Source of the DNA: an uncultured Armatimonadia bacterium
GTDB lineage: Bacteria; Armatimonadota; Zipacnadia; CAVVLO01
NCBI GenBank assembly: GCA_963749155.1
Contig: CAVVLO010000002.1
Coordinates: 1,216,001 to 1,280,000 of the forward strand
Direction: 5' to 3'
DNA: 64,000 nucleotides
Part shown: one piece after another, positions 51,594 to 60,434 of the stretch
How the letters are laid out: each line of letters opens with the position of its first letter
Numbering within the stretch: the first letter of the stretch is position 1
Translations under genes and position numbers: made by a program
The notes under the pieces: generated by a model
Seen by the model: the letters and a program-made list of their open reading frames with translations, nothing else
What the model was told of the DNA's origin: nothing
Databases searched by the model: none

Positions 51594-54500
51594 CTAATCC
51601 TCTTCCTGGCCGGCAAAGGCCGTGAGATCGTAATACCTCGACGGCACGTAGATATGATCTTCGCCAATGGCCGCGGACTGCTGGATGCCATAGGCGGTAT
51701 CAAAAAGGGTGACCTGTTCTCCATCCTCCAGTTTGAAGGCGTAGAAAGAGCCATTCATCGCGCCCACATAGGCCCAGCCTTCGGAGAGGGCTGGCGAGGC
51801 CAGTATCTCATCGCCTACTTCCTGGCTCCAGAGGGTCTCACCAGTCCCGGCGTCAAGCGCCATAACTTCGCCCTTGCCTGTTGCCACCAGCAACTGGCCT
51901 GCTGTGTAACAGGGAGAAGCCCTGAGCGCTGAGCCCAGTTGCCTTTCCCATATAACTTCGCCACTTCCCGAAGCCAGACAGTACAGCCCTCCATCATCCG
52001 AGCCTGTATAAATCAGGTCGTCTACCACAGCTGCTGCACTGTATATTTCCGAGCCTGCCCGGAAACGCCAGCGCAACTCGCCTGTCTCGAGAGCGATCGC
52101 ATAAAGATGCTGATCCCAGGAGCCGATATAACAGGTATCACCCTGCAGGACAGGCTGAGCCAGCAGGCGACTGCCTGCCGAGAACTGCCAGGTTGGCTCT
52201 CCTGTAGCGAGGTTGATACAGTGCAGCGTGCCCTGCCAGTCGGGAAGCAACAAGCGACCGGAATGCGCAAGCAAGGGAGCGCGCAGCTCGCGCTTGAGAT
52301 CCAGCACGCGCTTCGAATCTCCGTCGTTTACCTCGAAACGGAAGACTTCGCCTTCCTGGCTTGCGAAATAATAATACCCTTCAGAGTACGTGCCGGTGGC
52401 AGCCAGGGTTTGGCCAGCTTTGGCTTCCCAAACCTTGGCGCCAGTCTGGGCATCGCATGCCAGTACCTGTCCACTGGCGCAACCGATAACTACAAGGCCC
52501 TCTGCCACTAGTGGATCGGTGATGACCATTGCTGGCGCGTTGAAGATCCAGCTCTGCTCAAGAGGCGCTGTTAGCTTTGATGGCAGCGCGCCATGCCCAC
52601 GCGGTCCACCCCGGGAAGCAACCCAGAAGGTCTCCTGCAGCAGTTCTTCAGTTTCCGGTGGGGTAAGCGCAAGCTGATACGAAAGCCGGAACTCCTCAAG
52701 CTGTTCGAGTGTGGGCAACACTCTGAGCGCCGCCTGCAGATGTTCGCGCGCTGCCGTATATTGTTTTTGGTCTACCCGCAGCAGGCCCAGCACAAGCTGG
52801 ATTGCGCCCTCTGACTTGGTGTCTTTTGCTTTTTGAAGCGCCTCAATCAACTTGTGACGCGCGCTGGCTCTGGCCATTCTTATCGCCAGAGCGAGTTGCT
52901 CAGAGGCGCTTGCCTTTTGCAATTCCTGTACCAGTTGGTCGGCAGCTTTTTCGCCGAGGATCCGTTCGTAGGCTCGCAGCAACTTGCGATGAGTAGGCTC
53001 GAGCTCGGTGCGCTTGAGAGCTTTGATAATATCAGTTGCCGCAGTTTTATCTTGCAGCCTGGCCAGCGCGTCTGCCGCCCGAGCTACCGTCTCTTCGTCG
53101 GTCTCCTCGAGCAACTTGTGTAACTGGGGCAACTGCTCCTTAAGTGAAGCTAACACTTCCTCTTCACTTGGCCCGCCGCGCTCCGTCAGCTCTGAGAGCA
53201 AGAGTCTTAGTGTCCGTGGAGATTTCGACTCCTTGAGGGCTCCGGCCAGACGCACCCGAGTTGCTTCCGATGCCTTGGGAAGCATCTCTTCCAAAATTGC
53301 CCCGCCTCTGTCTCCTAGTTCCAGCGCCTTTTGCGCCCAATAACGCACCGCGACGCCTGTTGTCATTGAGCTGCGCACCAGCAGTTCAAGCTGATCTGGC
53401 TCAAACTCCAGCTCGCGCCGATGCCTGTGGATAACCGCGACAGAGTCTGCAGACATCAGGCTGTTGTAACGCTGCCAGTCTCGCTCTGACCGCACCAACA
53501 AGTCACGCAACTGCTTGGCGAGGATCTCTTCAGGTGACAGAGACTTGTAGATATCATCTACAATCCGTTCATGGGTCAACTCGTAGCGGCGTTCCTGCGG
53601 ATTGCCTACCCGGCGCACCAGCCCGGCATCGTGCAGATGAAGCAGCACGCGTTCCATCTGGTCTGCTTTGGCTCTCGCTTCCAGTTGCAGGCGCTCGAAG
53701 GTAATGCCAATGGTGGTGTTGAAGCTGCCAGCAAGCGCCTTCAACACTGCGATCCCGAGTCGCCGTTCATTGCCTTTCAGCTTCTTTAACGACTCGTCCA
53801 GATATTGCCCAACAATACGTTCGGCGCCTCCGAGCTTCTGGTACATCGCCCGGGTCGCCAGTTCTTGTTTGTTTTCAAGTTCTTGAAAAAGTTTTCCGCA
53901 GACAATTTGCAGTTTGGGCGGATCGACACCCTCGCCAGACACATCTACGATTATCTGTTCTACCAGGTCTGCTTCAAAACCGATGCCAAAACGTCCCGCC
54001 GGCTTCGTAATCGCTGACCTGGCCCCATCAAAACTGAGGAAAGGCAGCCTGTAGATATGCTCGAACACTTGGGGCAGATGGTTGCGCGCCTCGTCCAGCC
54101 GGGCCATAAAACGCTCTCGGAACATAAGCACTAGCGTGATATTGGCTTCTTCAGCCTTAACTAGCTGCTCGAACTCCGCATTCAGCCAGTCACGCGAGGC
54201 CGGCCCCAGCCTTAACATCACATGTTCATACTGGTCGAAAAACACTATGCAGCGTTTATCCACCTGTTTGGCAGCCGCCAGCACCATCTCGGCGATGGAT
54301 TCGGACGGCTCGGGTTCGAAGCCCAAATCTTCCCGGATTGCGCGCGCAAAAGCCTCCAGCAGATTTTCCTCATATCTGACATAGAGATAGGGCTGTTCGT
54401 CCTCGATGAACTTCGGCAACAGGCCGGCTTTCACGAAACTGGTCTTGCCCGCTCCGCCACGGCCGATAAGCAGCCAAAGGCGCTTCTCCTCATCGGCGAG

Positions 54501-55571
54501 GAAATCGCGGAATTCTCTAAGCTCATTGTCTCGCCCGTAATAAAGCTCCCGGTCAGCCAGCTCGAAGCTGTGCAGAAACTTGTAAGGCCCCTCAGGCAGG
54601 ATTTTTAAGTCCTTTTTCCTGGGGCTGGCGAAGGTCGCCCTGGTCGAATAGCGCACCAGCCGGTTATACAGCGCATTGGCAAAAGCCTGGAAGGTGCCAC
54701 TCTCTCGGCAAAGCAACCGCCCAGAGCTGTTGCGAGTTTTAAGCAGGCTGACTACCTGGGGAAGATAAGCGTGAAATTCAAGTGCCGCTGGCTGTTCGAT
54801 CTTCAACCGTTCGAAGTGCTTCGCGTCGATAATCGGCACTTTGCGGTTGACCCACCACAGGCGCTCCCCATGCGCGCTTATGGCTGACACAACCGGCATA
54901 TCTCGTGCAGTAATAGACACCAACAAGGTGTTGTGGCGAGACAGGCGATGAAGGGTAGAACGCACCTGGGCCACATTGTGCTCGATAGTGCGAGTGGTCA
55001 CTGGCAATAACTGGTTGGCGAGATCGCCGCCCATCTTGATAAGAGTAACTTTTTCCGACTCGGAAAGAGCCTTGACGATTTCGCTGCGGGGGTGATGTCC
55101 GACCACAAAGAGGTTGTAAGCCTCACCAGGTAACAACCGTTCGGCTTTCAGTGCCTCTTCCAGCTTGTCAGTAGGATCAAAAGTGAAAACCAGAGCACAG
55201 TAGCCACGCGTGATTATCCTGGCAAGTTTGGCATATCCTTCGGCCATACCTTCGTCTTTTATGGCTTCCTGGGCCAGTTCGAAACCGCGCTTCTGTGGTT
55301 CTGGTGAGGAGTCGATGGCGGCCTCCAGTTGGGGCCAGAACTCCTCTTCGGCAAGCTCTGCCGCTTCTGGATGCTCGCTACGCCACCACTCGGCCAGGTG
55401 AGAGCGCAAGTTCATTGCCAGACTCGGTCGTTCTTCCGTCGCCGAGATTCCGCTTCCCAGTATGAGTACGAAGGCATCGCGCACGCCTTGATACTCGGCC
55501 ATCAGTTCCCCGATTTCCTGGATTACCATCGTCCTCGGGCTTCGCCCCTGCCCCCATCTAACCTCTGGCAA
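51594..55571 (-). CDS. NLR-like STAND protein: SIR2-like domain, nSTAND1 NTPase, HEAT/TPR repeats, PQQ-type beta-propeller (start probably ATG at 55502 or 55529)
   Basis: ILGSGIS, GY.KLA, IKMGGD (SIR2-like fold); GPYKFL.SF..D...YYGR, GRGGAGKTS, VFFDQYE, LQIVC, GG.....QY, YELTHE (nSTAND1); C-terminal repeated A.D..TG...W PQQ blades. Confidence 0.85.
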   Translation of the reverse strand: MPEVRWGQGRSPRTMVIQEIGELMAEYQGVRDAFVLILGSGISATEERPSLAMNLRSHLAEWWRSEHPEAAELAEEEFWPQLEAAIDSSPEPQKRGFELAQEAIKDEGMAEGYAKLARIITRGYCALVFTFDPTDKLEEALKAERLLPGEAYNLFVVGHHPRSEIVKALSESEKVTLIKMGGDLANQLLPVTTRTIEHNVAQVRSTLHRLSRHNTLLVSITARDMPVVSAISAHGERLWWVNRKVPIIDAKHFERLKIEQPAALEFHAYLPQVVSLLKTRNSSGRLLCRESGTFQAFANALYNRLVRYSTRATFASPRKKDLKILPEGPYKFLHSFELADRELYYGRDNELREFRDFLADEEKRLWLLIGRGGAGKTSFVKAGLLPKFIEDEQPYLYVRYEENLLEAFARAIREDLGFEPEPSESIAEMVLAAAKQVDKRCIVFFDQYEHVMLRLGPASRDWLNAEFEQLVKAEEANITLVLMFRERFMARLDEARNHLPQVFEHIYRLPFLSFDGARSAITKPAGRFGIGFEADLVEQIIVDVSGEGVDPPKLQIVCGKLFQELENKQELATRAMYQKLGGAERIVGQYLDESLKKLKGNERRLGIAVLKALAGSFNTTIGITFERLQLEARAKADQMERVLLHLHDAGLVRRVGNPQERRYELTHERIVDDIYKSLSPEEILAKQLRDLLVRSERDWQRYNSLMSADSVAVIHRHRRELEFEPDQLELLVRSSMTTGVAVRYWAQKALELGDRGGAILEEMLPKASEATRVRLAGALKESKSPRTLRLLLSELTERGGPSEEEVLASLKEQLPQLHKLLEETDEETVARAADALARLQDKTAATDIIKALKRTELEPTHRKLLRAYERILGEKAADQLVQELQKASASEQLALAIRMARASARHKLIEALQKAKDTKSEGAIQLVLGLLRVDQKQYTAAREHLQAALRVLPTLEQLEEFRLSYQLALTPPETEELLQETFWVASRGGPRGHGALPSKLTAPLEQSWIFNAPAMVITDPLVAEGLVVIGCASGQVLACDAQTGAKVWEAKAGQTLAATGTYSEGYYYFASQEGEVFRFEVNDGDSKRVLDLKRELRAPLLAHSGRLLLPDWQGTLHCINLATGEPTWQFSAGSRLLAQPVLQGDTCYIGSWDQHLYAIALETGELRWRFRAGSEIYSAAAVVDDLIYTGSDDGGLYCLASGSGEVIWERQLGSALRASPCYTAGQLLVATGKGEVMALDAGTGETLWSQEVGDEILASPALSEGWAYVGAMNGSFYAFKLEDGEQVTLFDTAYGIQQSAAIGEDHIYVPSRYYDLTAFAGQEED

Positions 55572-55624
55572 TATCGCTCGTGAAAGCTTTTCCCAGCGAG
55601 CTTGGTACTGCGACTATATACTAG

Positions 55625-55664
55625 ACGACTGGCGGCCGGTAAGCAAACCCGCGCCGCCAGTCGT
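55625..55664. other. Strong intergenic hairpin (possible terminator of the oxidative-stress operon)
   Basis: 12-bp perfect inverted repeat ACGACTGGCGGC / GCCGCCAGTCGT; no clear U-tract. Confidence 0.5.
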
Positions 55665-55814
55665 TGTAGACTGCTAGTGTTCTCCAGCGAACAAGCTGCG
55701 TGATAGCCTCTTTCGCCGGCTGTTGCGCAACTCCTTGCTAAAACTGGCTATCAAGCTTTTCTAGCTAGCAAGCTAACTTGCCTTCAAGCTCTGCTTGTGG
55801 TCTCCAGCTTCAGA

Positions 55815-55973
55815 TTATTCAGCCGAGAAGTCGCTTTTGCCTGCCCCGCATACTGGGCAAACCCAATCCTCGGGCACATCTTCCCAGGCAGTGCCCGGGG
55901 CGACGCCGTTATCTGGATCGCCCTCAGCGGGATCGTAAACATATCCACAGATATCGCATACGTATTTCTGCAT
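55815..55973 (-). CDS. rub: Rubredoxin
   Basis: 52 aa [15 protein letters not shown]...[13 protein letters not shown] (below the ORF track size cut-off); RBS AGGAGG. Confidence 0.97.
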   Translation of the reverse strand: MQKYVCDICGYVYDPAEGDPDNGVAPGTAWEDVPEDWVCPVCGAGKSDFSAE

Positions 55974-56009
55974 CGGTCCAGCCCTCCTGCTTCTTTACCA
56001 GAAGCGTGA

Positions 56010-56511
56010 CTAGTTGGCGCGGCGCACCGCGGCCAGATGGCTACTCAACATATTGACGTGATGCATCTCTTCCTTCGCCAGCTGCTCGACCTTGTCCTTC
56101 CCGGAGCGGTCAGGCGTCATTTCAGCCAGGCCATTATAGAACAGCACCGAGTCCTTCTCGAACTGGATGGCCTTGACCAAAATATCTTCCAGGCTTTCCT
56201 GCCCGGTCAGCAGGTCGGCGGGACTCTGCCTGGTGTTGAATATATGGCTGTCCGCCAGCGCCTTCAGGTACATATCAAGCTCGCCGTCCGGATCATAAAG
56301 CTGCGGCTGCCGGGCTTTTTCTGGCAACGATTTTAGAAGGTCCAGGAAGAGCTGCTCATGCTGCACTTCCATCTCGGCCAGGCCAAGCAGCAGCTTGCTG
56401 CCGGCTTCATCCTGCTGGAACTCTGCGGCCTTGCGATAGAACTCGCTGGCCATTGCGCTCGATTAGCGCTGCTGTCTCATAGATTTCTTCTGCGTTAAAG
56501 GTGAGGCTCAT
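56010..56511 (-). CDS. Rubrerythrin-like ferritin-family diiron protein (frameshift near 56455)
   Basis: MSLTFNAEEIYETAALIERNG continues into FY...E..HE...AIQFEKDS..FY...EE.HH. Confidence 0.85.
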
Positions 56512-56516
56512 CGGGG

Positions 56517-57050
56517 TTATCCTCCTGCTACAGGCGCTTCGGCAACTGGCAACACAAACGGCACCGGGCGAGCGCCAAATTCTTTGTCTATCATATAGGT
56601 GCCAGCCATATTGCCCTGGACCATCTCGGTCTTGGCTACATTCTGCTCCGCGTTGGCCTCTTCCTCTACCTGCTCGTCCACATACCACTGCAGCATGGAA
56701 GCGGTCGCGAAGTCTTTCTCTTCCTGCGCCAGCACCATCAGATTATTGATGCGGCCAGTGATATAACGCTCGTGATCCAGAGCGGCTTTGAAGGCCTCAA
56801 CGGGCGTTGCCCACTCTACCTGAGGCGCCTCCAGCGCCGCAAGCTTTGCGCGGCCACCGCGCTCCAGGATGTAGTAGTAGAACTTCATCGAGTGGATAAG
56901 CTCTTCCTTGGCCTGCACATTCATCCAGTGAGCCATACCCATCAGGTTCTTCGCTGCGAAATCGGCCGACATTGCCAGGTACAGATAGCCCGAGAACAGT
57001 TCGGCCGCCACCTGGTCGTTCAAGGCAGTTTCCATTTTTTCGGTAAGCAT
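56517..57050 (-). CDS. ftnA: Non-heme ferritin
   Basis: ALNDQ...E..S.YLY, EE..H..K, HE..IT, LQWYV.EQVEEE. Confidence 0.93.
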   Translation of the reverse strand: MLTEKMETALNDQVAAELFSGYLYLAMSADFAAKNLMGMAHWMNVQAKEELIHSMKFYYYILERGGRAKLAALEAPQVEWATPVEAFKAALDHERYITGRINNLMVLAQEEKDFATASMLQWYVDEQVEEEANAEQNVAKTEMVQGNMAGTYMIDKEFGARPVPFVLPVAEAPVAGG

Positions 57051-57095
57051 CTTTCTAGCCTCCTTTTAGCTCTTCATGCAAGGGACTTCAGTTAG

Positions 57096-57135
57096 AAAGG
57101 AACTCCCCCCTTGCGGGCGGAGTTCCCTCTTTTTC
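57096..57135. terminator. Hairpin between peroxiredoxin and ferritin
   Basis: AAAGGAACTCC...GGAGTTCC followed by CTCTTTTT. Confidence 0.55.
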
Positions 57136-57155
57136 AAACTAATCGCTGGCTGGGA

Positions 57156-57839
57156 CTACTTGGCGCCTGGATCTTTCTTGAAGCAGAGGAACCAGTCGAG
57201 ACAGTAGTAGTCGTCGCCAGCGCCTTCGACGCGCTCTTTGGCGGCGCCGCAGCTGCCGGGCGGGGGAACGATAACATCCTCACCGGGCTGCCAGTTGGCC
57301 GGAGTTGCGATCTTGTATTGGTCGCTCCGCTGCATGGCAATCAGCAGGCGCTTGATCTCTTCCATATTGCGCCCGTTGGACAGGGGGTAGTACAGCATGG
57401 CCCTGACCTTGGCCTCCGGGTCGATGACGAACACTGCACGGACAGCCTGAGTGTTGCTTGCGGTAGGCTGCAGCATCCCGTATTTCTTGGCGACTTCCAT
57501 CGTCAGGTCGCTGATAACCGGGAACATTACCTGGATGTTGCTCATACCCTTGAACTCGATTTTCTCGGCGATGGTGCGCAGCCAGGCGATGTGGCTGAAA
57601 GTGCTGTCGATTGACAGCCCGATTAGCTCACAGTTTAGCGCCTTGAACTGGTCGGTCATTGAGGCGAAGGTCATGAACTCGGTGGTGCAGACGGGTGTAA
57701 AGTCAGCCGGATGGCTAAAAAGAATGACCCATTTCCCTTTGTAGTCATTCGGGAAATTCATTGGGCCTTGCGTCGTCTCGGCCTGGAACGAGGGAGCTTT
57801 GTCTCCAATAAGTGGCAGATGACCAAACTGTTCTTCCAT
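57156..57839 (-). CDS. Peroxiredoxin (Prx6/AhpC-TSA family)
   Basis: FSHPADFTPVCTTE, GRN..E..R, TPANW, C.DWFLC tail. Confidence 0.95.
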   Translation of the reverse strand: MEEQFGHLPLIGDKAPSFQAETTQGPMNFPNDYKGKWVILFSHPADFTPVCTTEFMTFASMTDQFKALNCELIGLSIDSTFSHIAWLRTIAEKIEFKGMSNIQVMFPVISDLTMEVAKKYGMLQPTASNTQAVRAVFVIDPEAKVRAMLYYPLSNGRNMEEIKRLLIAMQRSDQYKIATPANWQPGEDVIVPPPGSCGAAKERVEGAGDDYYCLDWFLCFKKDPGAK

Positions 57840-57903
57840 TGTTATTCCTCCTGTTCAAGTGTGATTCAAGCCCGTATGGGCGTCTTCCCGTCGGGGTACT
57901 GCT

Positions 57904-58478
57904 TTAGAAACAACCGCAAAGCGCCTCAAAATAGGCCTTTGGATGCGCGCAAGCCGGACACTGGTCAGGAGCTGCTGGTCCAGTGTGAATATAGCCGCAG
58001 TTGCGGCAACGCCACTGGTTTACCCCTACGCGCTCGTACATCGTGTCCTCTTCGATATATTTGGCCAGCGTGCGATACCGGCGCTCGTGATATGACTCGG
58101 CTACGGTGACGAACTCGAAGATCTTGGCGATTGCCTCGAAGCCTTCGGCGCGCGCGGTGTTTGCGAAACCTACATATAGCTCGGAAGCCTCGAACAACTC
58201 GCCTGCGGCGGCTTCTTCAAGGTTCTCTACGTTGTGCCGATAACGCCAGCAGGATACGAGGCGGTGATTTCTACCTCGCCTCCCTCAAGAAATTTGAAAA
58301 AGCGCTTGGCGTGCTCTTTCTCCTGGTCGGCGGTTTCGGCGAAGATGGCTGCGACAAGCTCATAGCCTTCCTTTTTGGCTTGCCCTGCAAAATAGGTGTA
58401 CCGGTTGCGAGCCTGAGATTCCCCTGCGAAAGCTTTGAGCAGATTCTGCTCGGTCTTGGTGCCCTTAATAGATGCCAT
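57904..58478 (-). CDS. rbr: Rubrerythrin (frameshift near 58228)
   Basis: NLLKAFAGESQARNRY, EKEHAKR; C-terminal E..HE..Y and WRCRNCGY...CPACAHP in a second frame. Confidence 0.93.
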
Positions 58479-58517
58479 GAAGTCTCCTCCTTCAGTACCT
58501 GGGTTCAATGTTTCTGG

Positions 58518-58940
58518 TCAGGCTGACTCGTTCTTTTTGGTACATTCAGGACAGCGCCCTCTGAACTCCAGGCGGTGTTCAAGTACCTCGAATTCTTCGA
58601 TCTGATCGGCAAGCTCATCAAGCGCGCCTTCGGCATCGAGAGCCAAATCGAAGACCTTGCCACATTCGATACAGCGAAAGTGGTAATGGCGTTCTGTGTC
58701 AGCATCATAACGCCGTTTCTTACCGGTAAGCTCGAGCTTCTGGATCATACCGGCCTCTGCCAGGCACTCGAGGTTGCGGTAGATGGTCGCCAGGCTTACC
58801 TTGGGAACCTTCTTTCGGACCAGCACGAAAACTTCATCGGCTGTCGGGTGAGACCTCAGTTTGGCGAGTTCTTCAAGTATCGCTCTGCGCTGAGGAGTCA
58901 TCTTCATTGAGGATTTCTGCTTCCACTCGTCTTTTTCCAT
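58518..58940 (-). CDS. perR: Fur-family peroxide-responsive regulator (PerR-like)
   Basis: TPQR..IL, HPTADE, SLATIYRNL, RYD....HYHF.CIEC, CPEC; first gene of a peroxide-defence operon. Confidence 0.85.
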   Translation of the reverse strand: MEKDEWKQKSSMKMTPQRRAILEELAKLRSHPTADEVFVLVRKKVPKVSLATIYRNLECLAEAGMIQKLELTGKKRRYDADTERHYHFRCIECGKVFDLALDAEGALDELADQIEEFEVLEHRLEFRGRCPECTKKNESA

Positions 58941-58950
58941 GGTCACCACT

Positions 58951-58969
58951 AATAGGAACTATTCTTATT
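58951..58969. promoter_or_regulatory. Candidate PerR/Fur operator
   Basis: Inverted repeat AATAGGAA-CTA-TTCTTATT between the -10 element and the perR start. Confidence 0.7.
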
Positions 58970-58973
58970 TAGA

Positions 58974-59002
58974 ATAATACTGGACATCTCCCGGTGCGTC
59001 AA
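58974..59002 (-). promoter_or_regulatory. Sigma70 promoter of the perR operon
   Basis: TTGACG-17 nt-TATTAT. Confidence 0.75.
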
Positions 59003-59348
59003 GGTTTCTCTTCGAAAAAGGCAGGATTTTTTTCCAGAATCGCAGCAAGCCCTCGCGGATTCATCGCCTCAAATAAAAGCTAAACTCAGGGCAGCCTTAT
59101 ATATATGTAGTAAGTCGAGAAGGACCCCTTACATCTGTTACAATCCGTTGATTTCACGTCACAAGACGCTGTAGTAAATGTGCATATAAATTGATTTAGT
59201 AAAACCCTATTGCAATTTTGACAGATAGTGATACCATATAAGGTAGTCGGGAAATCACATCCTGTCGCCGCCGATTCCCTCATCGCCGAAACTGCTGTCT
59301 CCCCGACCAAACTAGCTCTGTGGCCCACGGAGGCTTGGAGGGATCTCA

Positions 59349-60353
59349 ATGCTCAAGTTACATCATCTGGTATTTGTCTCGCTGTGCCTGCTTCTCGTTT
59401 GTGCCAGCGTCTCACTGGCTGAGGATATTACTCAGCCACTTCTTGCGGACGGCGTACAGGTTGGATCGGTAACTGTCACTAATGACGCCGATCAGGTCTA
59501 CGTTACCCTGTCCGCCGATTATCCGTGGTCTCTTGTATCAGCTGCCGCCTTCATACAGGAGATTGAACCTGATTCCGGAGACCCTACGACTTTCAACTGT
59601 CAGGCGCCCGATACTCAAGGCGCCCCCTCCTGGACGTTCAGCGTCCGACGCATATGGGGTGCAATGCATTTCTACGTTGAGGCCTATGCGCTGCTGTCGA
59701 TGCCTGGACTGGAAACCTTGACCATCGCCACCACTTCCGGCGAGCCAGTCCAGCTCATAAGCACGCCCCTGGTAAATGGCTTCGGCAGCACCACTGGCCT
59801 TGCCCAGGTCGATGGGGTTGTTGATGATGAGGTGCCAGGGCTCCAGGTTACACTTTCTGCAGGGGAGAGCTGGGAGCTCCTTCAGACTTTTGTCTATGCC
59901 GGCGCTACCCCGCCCAGCAAGCCCAACCCCGCTGCCTTCCCCTACAGGCATATGGCGCTTTCTGGAGTAGACAGTGATCAGTTCTTCATCTCGCTGGATT
60001 CACTTGGCCTGGCCGAGGGAGATGAAGTCAATCTGGCCGCTTACGTCGTGAGCCGCAAGCTGCTTGGTTATTGGCGGAGTTGGCCTATCTACCAGTACAG
60101 CTTCGCCTGGGCCAAGGGCACAAGACTGCGCGAGTTGCCGGGTGGGCCACGCTGGAGTTGGGTTGACCGTATCGTTGGCTGCCAGGCGATGTACTTCACG
60201 ACAACCATCGCGCTGCCAGTAAGCGAGCCTGTTATTCCAGAGCCCATCTATGCCGAGGCCTGGTCGGCTGGTGACGCAGCGCCTCCCGATGGCCTGGGAG
60301 AGTATTTTGAATTCTTCGCTGACGACACAGAAGGTTCTCTCTTCTTCTGGTAA
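59349..60353 (+). CDS. Secreted hypothetical protein with an internally duplicated beta-domain
   Basis: RBS GGAGG, signal peptide; two related segments VTLSADYPWSL and VTLSAGESWEL. Confidence 0.7.
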   Translation: MLKLHHLVFVSLCLLLVCASVSLAEDITQPLLADGVQVGSVTVTNDADQVYVTLSADYPWSLVSAAAFIQEIEPDSGDPTTFNCQAPDTQGAPSWTFSVRRIWGAMHFYVEAYALLSMPGLETLTIATTSGEPVQLISTPLVNGFGSTTGLAQVDGVVDDEVPGLQVTLSAGESWELLQTFVYAGATPPSKPNPAAFPYRHMALSGVDSDQFFISLDSLGLAEGDEVNLAAYVVSRKLLGYWRSWPIYQYSFAWAKGTRLRELPGGPRWSWVDRIVGCQAMYFTTTIALPVSEPVIPEPIYAEAWSAGDAAPPDGLGEYFEFFADDTEGSLFFW

Positions 60354-60378
60354 CCGACCGGTATTAGGTTCCGAACGA

Positions 60379-60408
60379 AAAGGGAGGCCCAGCTGCCGGG
60401 CCTCCCTT
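60379..60408. terminator. Terminator between convergent genes
   Basis: AAGGGAGGCCC-AGCTGCC-GGGCCTCCCTT. Confidence 0.75.
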
Positions 60409-60434
60409 GCTATTTGGCCATCCTGGAGACGACT

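Noticed and set aside
59086..59250. AT-rich stretch as a replication origin or island boundary
   Set aside because: No DnaA-box cluster or flanking repeats seen; best explained as a divergent promoter region.
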